Origin: an uncultured Burkholderiales bacterium
GTDB taxonomy: Bacteria; Actinomycetota; Acidimicrobiia; IMCC26256; JAGPDB01
Direction: 5' to 3'
NCBI GenBank assembly: GCA_964561855.1
Contig: CAZLQP010000005.1
Location: forward strand, 1,153 to 65,152
Length of the DNA stretch: 64,000 nucleotides
Shown: positions 58,525-64,000 of the stretch, piece after piece
Layout of the letters: every line of letters starts with the position of its first letter
Numbering within the stretch: position 1 is the first letter of the stretch
The notes under the pieces: model-generated
The model's database searches: none
Told to the model about the DNA's origin: nothing
The model's input: the letters and a program-made list of their open reading frames with translations, nothing else
Made by a program: the position numbers and the translations under genes

Positions 58525-59631
58525 ATGACAAGATTTGCGACTATGCCAGCGAGCCGTATCGGTGGAGCGTTCAAGCTATTTGTTCTTTTCGCTGTTCAGA
58601 TAGGTTTTGTTGTAGTTTTTCACGCGCTCGGTTCAATTGATTCGTTAGCGGTTAATTTTTCTGATCTGTCCACTTGGCTAGAAGAAACATCACCTGAAAT
58701 TGCATTAGTTGCATCTGTGCGATTGCTGGCACTTGTATTTTCATATTGGATGTTAGCTACTTCTGTGATCTACATGCTTGCAAGGTCATTCCACTTAACT
58801 GGATTAATTCGAGCTATGGAATTTACAACGATTCCAGGAGTTCGAAAAATTATCGATGCAGGTTTAGCTGCCGCAATTGTTGGTGGAACAGTTTTTGGTG
58901 GCGCTGCTGCAGTATTTGCAAAACAAGCTGATGCAGGAAAAATTGCGACTCCGGCTGCTGCTACAAGAGTTCTATACAATCCGGGAGTACAAGCTGTTGG
59001 TACTACAACAGGTTCTCCATTAGTTAATCCCAATGCAACTGCAAGTGACACCTTGATTCCTATTGTTAACTCTGAAACCAATGTCAGCGCTCCGAACAAA
59101 AAAGTAGTTCAACCTTCTCAGTCAACTGATCAGGCACAAACTACTGACAATACAGGTCCTACGAAAAATGACGATGGAAATTACATTCCTACACCAGCAG
59201 AGCGATATGTTGCACCCTCTGTCGACGAAGGAGATATTCCACAGCCAGCTCAAACCAATACATCTCCTAAAGTTGTTTTACCGACAGATGATGAGGCACC
59301 TACAACAACGTCTCCAAAAATTACGGTTCCACCTACAACTGCTCCGATCACAAGTGATCCAAATGTAGAAGTCGGCGGAAAGCAAGTTATTCGAGATGAT
59401 GCTCCAGATACCCAGCAAGAGCAACAAGAAGGTTCTTATACAGTTGTTTCAGGAGATAATTTTTGGAAGATCGCAAGACAACAAGTTCGTGATGCAAAAG
59501 GCGAAGAACCATCTAATGCTGAAATTGCGAATTACTGGGTAAGATTGATCGATGCAAATAGAGACAATATTCGTTCAGGCGATCCAGATTTGATTTTCCC
59601 GGGTGAAGTTTTTGTTCTTCCTCCTGTTTAA
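58525..59631 (+). CDS. LysM peptidoglycan-binding membrane protein
   Basis: N-terminal TMs, Pro/Thr-rich linker, C-terminal YTVVSGDNFWKIA...GDPDLIFPGEVFVLP. Confidence 0.9.
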   Translation: MTRFATMPASRIGGAFKLFVLFAVQIGFVVVFHALGSIDSLAVNFSDLSTWLEETSPEIALVASVRLLALVFSYWMLATSVIYMLARSFHLTGLIRAMEFTTIPGVRKIIDAGLAAAIVGGTVFGGAAAVFAKQADAGKIATPAAATRVLYNPGVQAVGTTTGSPLVNPNATASDTLIPIVNSETNVSAPNKKVVQPSQSTDQAQTTDNTGPTKNDDGNYIPTPAERYVAPSVDEGDIPQPAQTNTSPKVVLPTDDEAPTTTSPKITVPPTTAPITSDPNVEVGGKQVIRDDAPDTQQEQQEGSYTVVSGDNFWKIARQQVRDAKGEEPSNAEIANYWVRLIDANRDNIRSGDPDLIFPGEVFVLPPV

Positions 59632-59633
59632 TA

Positions 59634-60293
59634 TCAAAACAATCTAAGTAAAGAACTATCAGAATCTCTTAATTCCTCTATATCAAGTTCAACGCATTTT
59701 ATATCTCTGCTTTGAGCATACACTTTCGCTTGTTCTTTAATCTTTGTAGCCACAAACATTCCTTTGACTTTTCCGTAACGATTATCTCGTTCGATACGTT
59801 CGATGTATCGTAACAATTGATCTACTCCAGCTATCTCTCCGATCCGCTTTATTTCAACTGCGACACATGTTCCTTCTTCGTCGCGACACAAAAGATCGAC
59901 TGGACCTATATCAGTTGGGAACTCTCTTCGGATAAGTTCAAAATCCTCTTGTAGTTTTGTTACTCGATCAGCAATAAGTTCTTGTAATTCTTTTTCGACT
60001 CCATCTTTTTCTAAACCAGGTTCATCGCCTAACTCAATCTCATATTCGTGAATTCTTTGTGCAATATCAACTACGAGCTCTTCACCTTTTTTATTTGAAA
60101 CAGAAATAGTATTTTCATCTTCCGTGATAACACATGGAGGAGTCATCCAATTCAGTGGTTTAAATGCTTTTGAGTCTGAATGTACTGCAAAGCTCCCATC
60201 GGATTTGAACATCAAAAGCCTTCTAGCTAGCGGTAAACGAGCACCTAGTCGGCCTTTGTAAGTTACAATACAATCTGCAATTAATATTCTCAT
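59634..60293 (-). CDS. nucS: mismatch-specific endonuclease NucS/EndoMS
   Basis: MRILIADCIVTYKGRL, YKPLNWM-like FKPLNWMTPP, LEKDGVEKELQ, REFPTDIGPVDLL, AVEIKR. Confidence 0.95.
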   Translation of the reverse strand: MRILIADCIVTYKGRLGARLPLARRLLMFKSDGSFAVHSDSKAFKPLNWMTPPCVITEDENTISVSNKKGEELVVDIAQRIHEYEIELGDEPGLEKDGVEKELQELIADRVTKLQEDFELIRREFPTDIGPVDLLCRDEEGTCVAVEIKRIGEIAGVDQLLRYIERIERDNRYGKVKGMFVATKIKEQAKVYAQSRDIKCVELDIEELRDSDSSLLRLF

Positions 60294-60458
60294 CTGGGAA
60301 AATGCTACACGAGTGAAATTTGAAGTTAATAAATGAGCTACATGATTTTGAGTTTTGCTCACAGTAGTTTGCGACATAAGTCGCATTCGTAACTGTTGTG
60401 CCATAATAATGGAGCAACTCTAAATTTGCTCTGAGAAATATGTCAATAAGGATGTTAA

Positions 60459-61859
60459 GTGGAAATCCAAACTACTGCAGGTTACCGATTATTTATAACT
60501 TTAAAAGCCAAAAGCGCTGATGCAAAAGAAATTCGTAAAGTCGCCGATCTTGCTATCGAAAAAATAACCGCTGATTCAGGAGATGTTCGTTTTACCTCAA
60601 TTAGTTCTGATGACGGAACAATCCTTTTACATGTAGATGCGAACTCAACCGAACACCAGATGAAGATTTCTAAAACGGTTGAGCAATTAGAAATTGAACA
60701 TGACATTGAATTGGTGTCGCTTTTAGATGGCGTACAAGATATTCATAAAGGTGGAAAGATCGATGTTGTATCTAGGATTGAACTGAAAAATGAAGATGAT
60801 CTTGCAATGGCGTATACTCCAGGTGTTGGACGTATCTCGTCGATGATTGCAGAAAATCCGGATCAAGTTTGGGAACTGACCGGCAGAAGAAATGCCGTTG
60901 CTGTTCTGAGCAATGGTACAGCAGTATTAGGTCTAGGCGATATAGGGCCAGAAGCTGCAATGCCGGTAATGGAAGGTAAGGCTGTTTTATTTAGAGAGTT
61001 TGCATCAATTGCTGCATATCCAATTTGTGTTAATGCACAAACTGCAGATGAGCTCTTAGAAATCGCGAAAGCATTAGAGCCTACCTTTGGAGGAATCAAT
61101 CTAGAAGACATTGCTGCTCCTGTATGTTTTGAAGCTGAAGAAAAGATGAGACAAGAACTTTCTATTCCTGTCTTTCATGATGATCAACATGGAACCGCAG
61201 TAGTTACCTTGGCTGCTATGTACAATGCTTGCAAGGTTGTGAACAAATCGCTTTCTGATATTCGAGTAGTAATGCTCGGAGCTGGAGCTGCTGGTGTTGC
61301 TTGCGCAAAACTATTGCTTAGCGCGGGCGTTGGCGATGTAGTTGTAGTTGATCGAGAAGGCGCAATCCATGAGAGCAGAGAAGATCTAACTGGTGAAAAA
61401 CTTTGGTTGGCACACAATTCAAACCGATCTGCCATTACGGGATCTCTTGAAGTCGCACTAAAAGAAGCTGATGCATTTATGGGTCTTTCGGGTCCAAACC
61501 TAGTCGAGCCGAGTTGGCTTGAGTCAATGGCAAAGGATGCAATTGTTTTTGCTATGGCTAATCCGGTACCTGAAATCATGCCTGAGTTAGTGCCAAGTAA
61601 TGTAAAAGTAATAGCAACAGGTAGAAGCGACTACCCGAATCAGATTAATAATGTTTTAGTTTTCCCGGGATTCTTTAGAGGGCTTTTGGATTCACGAGCA
61701 AAAATGGTGACTGACAATATGAAGTTGGCTGCAGCTAAAGCTCTAGCAGATGTGGTAGATGAAAAGGACCTTAGTCACACAAACATCATTCCATCAGCAT
61801 TCAATAAAGAAGTTGCCAATATTGTTGCAAATGCTGTGAAATCAAGCGTGCTGAGCTAA
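60459..61859 (+). CDS. NAD-dependent malic enzyme with N-terminal ACT-like domain
   Basis: AYTPGVG, VMEGKAVLF, INLEDI, FHDDQHGTA, GAGAAG, TGRSDYPNQINN. Confidence 0.93.
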   Translation: MEIQTTAGYRLFITLKAKSADAKEIRKVADLAIEKITADSGDVRFTSISSDDGTILLHVDANSTEHQMKISKTVEQLEIEHDIELVSLLDGVQDIHKGGKIDVVSRIELKNEDDLAMAYTPGVGRISSMIAENPDQVWELTGRRNAVAVLSNGTAVLGLGDIGPEAAMPVMEGKAVLFREFASIAAYPICVNAQTADELLEIAKALEPTFGGINLEDIAAPVCFEAEEKMRQELSIPVFHDDQHGTAVVTLAAMYNACKVVNKSLSDIRVVMLGAGAAGVACAKLLLSAGVGDVVVVDREGAIHESREDLTGEKLWLAHNSNRSAITGSLEVALKEADAFMGLSGPNLVEPSWLESMAKDAIVFAMANPVPEIMPELVPSNVKVIATGRSDYPNQINNVLVFPGFFRGLLDSRAKMVTDNMKLAAAKALADVVDEKDLSHTNIIPSAFNKEVANIVANAVKSSVLS

Positions 61860-61914
61860 AGAAAAGAACCAATAGCGCTATAAAATTGATCCTCTAACTT
61901 CCTAAAGGGTCGAC

Positions 61915-62772
61915 ATGCTTTTTAAAGGTAAATACATTATCGGACACATTCTCGTGCTTATTGTATTTATCACATGTTCGATTTTGAGTTTTTGGCAATT
62001 TAGTCGTCTTAGTGAACGCAAAGAACTTAACAGCCAAATTGAAGCAGCGATGCAAGCAGATCCGGTCAAGCTAGATTCAATATTGTTGCCGGGTGATAAA
62101 GATGAAGTCGTCGATGAGTTTGAATACCGTCGAGTTAATGTGATTGGTAATTATCAACAAAAAGGTGAAGTACTCATTTTGGGAAGATCAAAAGATCAAG
62201 AACCAGGGTATTTGGTTGTTACTCCGTTTGCAATAAATGCTGATTTGTCATCTGGAAATGCTTTGGAAGGAGATATTGTTTATATCAATCGCGGTTGGAT
62301 TCCTCAGGTTTTGGGAGATGGACTTTTGAATGAGAGCATATCCAGAACTGAGATAGAGCCGAACTTGGGATATGAAACCTTACGAACAGTATCTGGTCTG
62401 GTAAGAGCAAACGAAGCTCCGATGTTGTTAGCTCAAAAAGATCAGATTGAAAAAGGAGTTGCGAATCGAATTGATACAGGATTATTTCTAGAACTTAGCA
62501 ATACTTCAGAGAATTTCATGTATCCATTGTGGATACAAAAAGTAAGCGAAACGCAAAATGGTAAAGTCACTACTGCAAAGGACCAGCAAGAAAATGATTT
62601 TCCAAAAATATTGGACCTGCCTGAGCTCACAGAAAGAAATCATTTGTCATATGCAATCCAATGGGCAATTTTTGGGATTATTGCTATTGTGACTTGGACT
62701 GTTATTTGTTATCAGGCTGTGAAAAAATCTTCTCGACAAAAGAGTACCCAAAATAAGGAACAACAAAATTGA
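61915..62772 (+). CDS. SURF1-family protein
   Basis: LSFWQFSR, EYRRVNVIG, PGYLVVTPF, INRGWIP, NHLSYAIQW. Confidence 0.92.
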   Translation: MLFKGKYIIGHILVLIVFITCSILSFWQFSRLSERKELNSQIEAAMQADPVKLDSILLPGDKDEVVDEFEYRRVNVIGNYQQKGEVLILGRSKDQEPGYLVVTPFAINADLSSGNALEGDIVYINRGWIPQVLGDGLLNESISRTEIEPNLGYETLRTVSGLVRANEAPMLLAQKDQIEKGVANRIDTGLFLELSNTSENFMYPLWIQKVSETQNGKVTTAKDQQENDFPKILDLPELTERNHLSYAIQWAIFGIIAIVTWTVICYQAVKKSSRQKSTQNKEQQN

Positions 62773-63902
62773 AAGTACTTCAAGTATTAGCGAAATCGGT
62801 TGGCGGAATTCGACAACATGTCGCGACTCTTAATAAAGAACTAAATGTGCAAGGTGTTAGTTCAGATATTGCGGGGCCCGACAATGTAATGGAGGGACTC
62901 TGCGATCAAGAATTTAGTTTTTCATCTCCTAGTATGAAAAATCCTCTGAGCATACTTAAAGCTGTCGACTTTTTGGCATCAAAAATCGCACACTATGACG
63001 TGGTTCATGCTCATGGACTAACAGCTGCCAAGCTCTCATCAATGGTAATTAAGAAAGCTGGAAAACAAATTCCACTAGTAGTTACTGCTCATAATGTTGT
63101 TGACCCATTTGCAAATGGAAAAAAATATCGATTAATGAAATCCTTTGAATCACATGTGTTTAGGATTGCTGATTCAATTATCTTTCCGAGCAACTTTGCT
63201 TTACAACAGTCTTCTTTGGCGCAAGCAGATTTGCACAAATCAAAAGTAATTCTTCCCGTAGGTAGAACTATAGAAGATATAGATGTTCAAAAAGCTTTAG
63301 ACAATAGGGAAAAAATAAGAAGTAGCTACATGTCAAACACCAGTGATCCTTTAGTTGTAAGTATCGCGAGGTACTCAAAACAAAAAGATCTAGAAACATT
63401 AATCGTGGCGTTTTCTAAGGTTCTTAAACAGATTAAAAACGCGAAGCTGATAATCGGAGGTTCAGGATCAGAAACTTATAAGTCAGACTTGGCTTTTTTG
63501 GTAGAAAAGTTAGAAATAAAGGACTCAGTAGTTCTATCAGGATTTGTTGAAAGTCCGAATGAACTAATAGCTGCTGCAGATGTGTTGGCTATTTCATCGC
63601 GGTTTGAGACTGTGCCTTTTGTGCTGTTGGAATCTTTGAGACTGGGCACCCCAGTTGTAACAACTGATACTGGAATTGCTGCTGAACTATCAGATATTGA
63701 ATCAGTAAAAGTGGTCGATGTGGCAAATGCTAAAGAAATGTCTAACTCGATGATTTCGCTATTGCAAAATAACTCGCGTGACAACATTTCTATTGCTAAA
63801 GATTGCGCAGAGAATAAAGTGTTTCAAAAATATATCAATCATAAAGACCTCATAATCGACATTATTCAGCAATATGAAGCAATACTTAAGCCTGCTGTGT
63901 AA
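62769..63902 (+). CDS. glycosyltransferase family 4 (GT-B)
   Basis: GGIRQHV, DVVHAHG, VVTAHN, ARYSKQKD, SSRFETVPFVLLES...GTPVVTTD. Confidence 0.88.
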   Translation: MKVLQVLAKSVGGIRQHVATLNKELNVQGVSSDIAGPDNVMEGLCDQEFSFSSPSMKNPLSILKAVDFLASKIAHYDVVHAHGLTAAKLSSMVIKKAGKQIPLVVTAHNVVDPFANGKKYRLMKSFESHVFRIADSIIFPSNFALQQSSLAQADLHKSKVILPVGRTIEDIDVQKALDNREKIRSSYMSNTSDPLVVSIARYSKQKDLETLIVAFSKVLKQIKNAKLIIGGSGSETYKSDLAFLVEKLEIKDSVVLSGFVESPNELIAAADVLAISSRFETVPFVLLESLRLGTPVVTTDTGIAAELSDIESVKVVDVANAKEMSNSMISLLQNNSRDNISIAKDCAENKVFQKYINHKDLIIDIIQQYEAILKPAV

Positions 63903-63927
63903 ATCACTGCTTATAGAATAGAGAAGT

Positions 63928-64000
63928 ATGTTCTTCGCGAAAAAACAAGGTTTATTGATTTCGTTTATATTCCTTATTGTCTTTGCAATGTCTAGTTCCG
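63928..64000 (+). CDS. exported protein, 3'-truncated by window edge
   Basis: ATG 63928, MFFAKKQGLLISFIFLIVFAMSSS signal-peptide-like; frame open to the window end. Confidence 0.5.
   Translation, partial: MFFAKKQGLLISFIFLIVFAMSSS

Noticed and set aside
33715-60450. Active ICE or prophage integrated at tRNA-Ile
   Set aside because: No integrase or relaxase ORF in the window, and I found no repeat of the tRNA 3' end at the right border (only an 8-bp CCAGCTAG match near 42333). Two ordinary-looking genes separate the tRNA from the block.

Overview
Chromosomal replication-origin region of an Actinomycetota genome. The gene set and order resemble Acidimicrobiia, but the DNA is unusually AT-rich (about 35-40% GC by eye, not computed). 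Left arm (1-24 kb): ino1, a MacRS-like two-component system with an SCO7613-type membrane protein, CCA enzyme, a vWA adhesin-like gene, DUF6049-murJ-pseudokinase-sigM/anti-sigma-trxBA-cwlM, then parB-parA-(2x parS)-rsmG-jag-yidC-yidD-rnpA-rpmH. Centre (24-34 kb): dnaA-oriC (DnaA boxes plus DnaA-trios)-dnaN-recF-DUF721-gyrB-gyrA-DUF3566-tRNA-Ile. The best candidate for an undescribed system is the block at 35.7-59.6 kb. It holds a BldC/HTH_17-like regulator, a Tad/Flp pilus operon without a prepilin peptidase, and directly joined to it an actinobacterial ICE-type type IV secretion gene set (VirB2-like pilin, NlpC/P60 hydrolase, VirB8-like, extended VirB6, SCO6880, VirB4, VirD4 with a long Pro-rich tail). 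Two paralogous orphan genes and a LysM protein are also in the block. I see no relaxase, integrase or att repeats in the window, and an ATATTGYGAATAA-like motif recurs in six intergenic regions of the block. This suggests a chromosomally domesticated, co-regulated Tad+T4SS contact apparatus, which is an inference. The window ends with nucS, malic enzyme, SURF1 and a GT4 glycosyltransferase.
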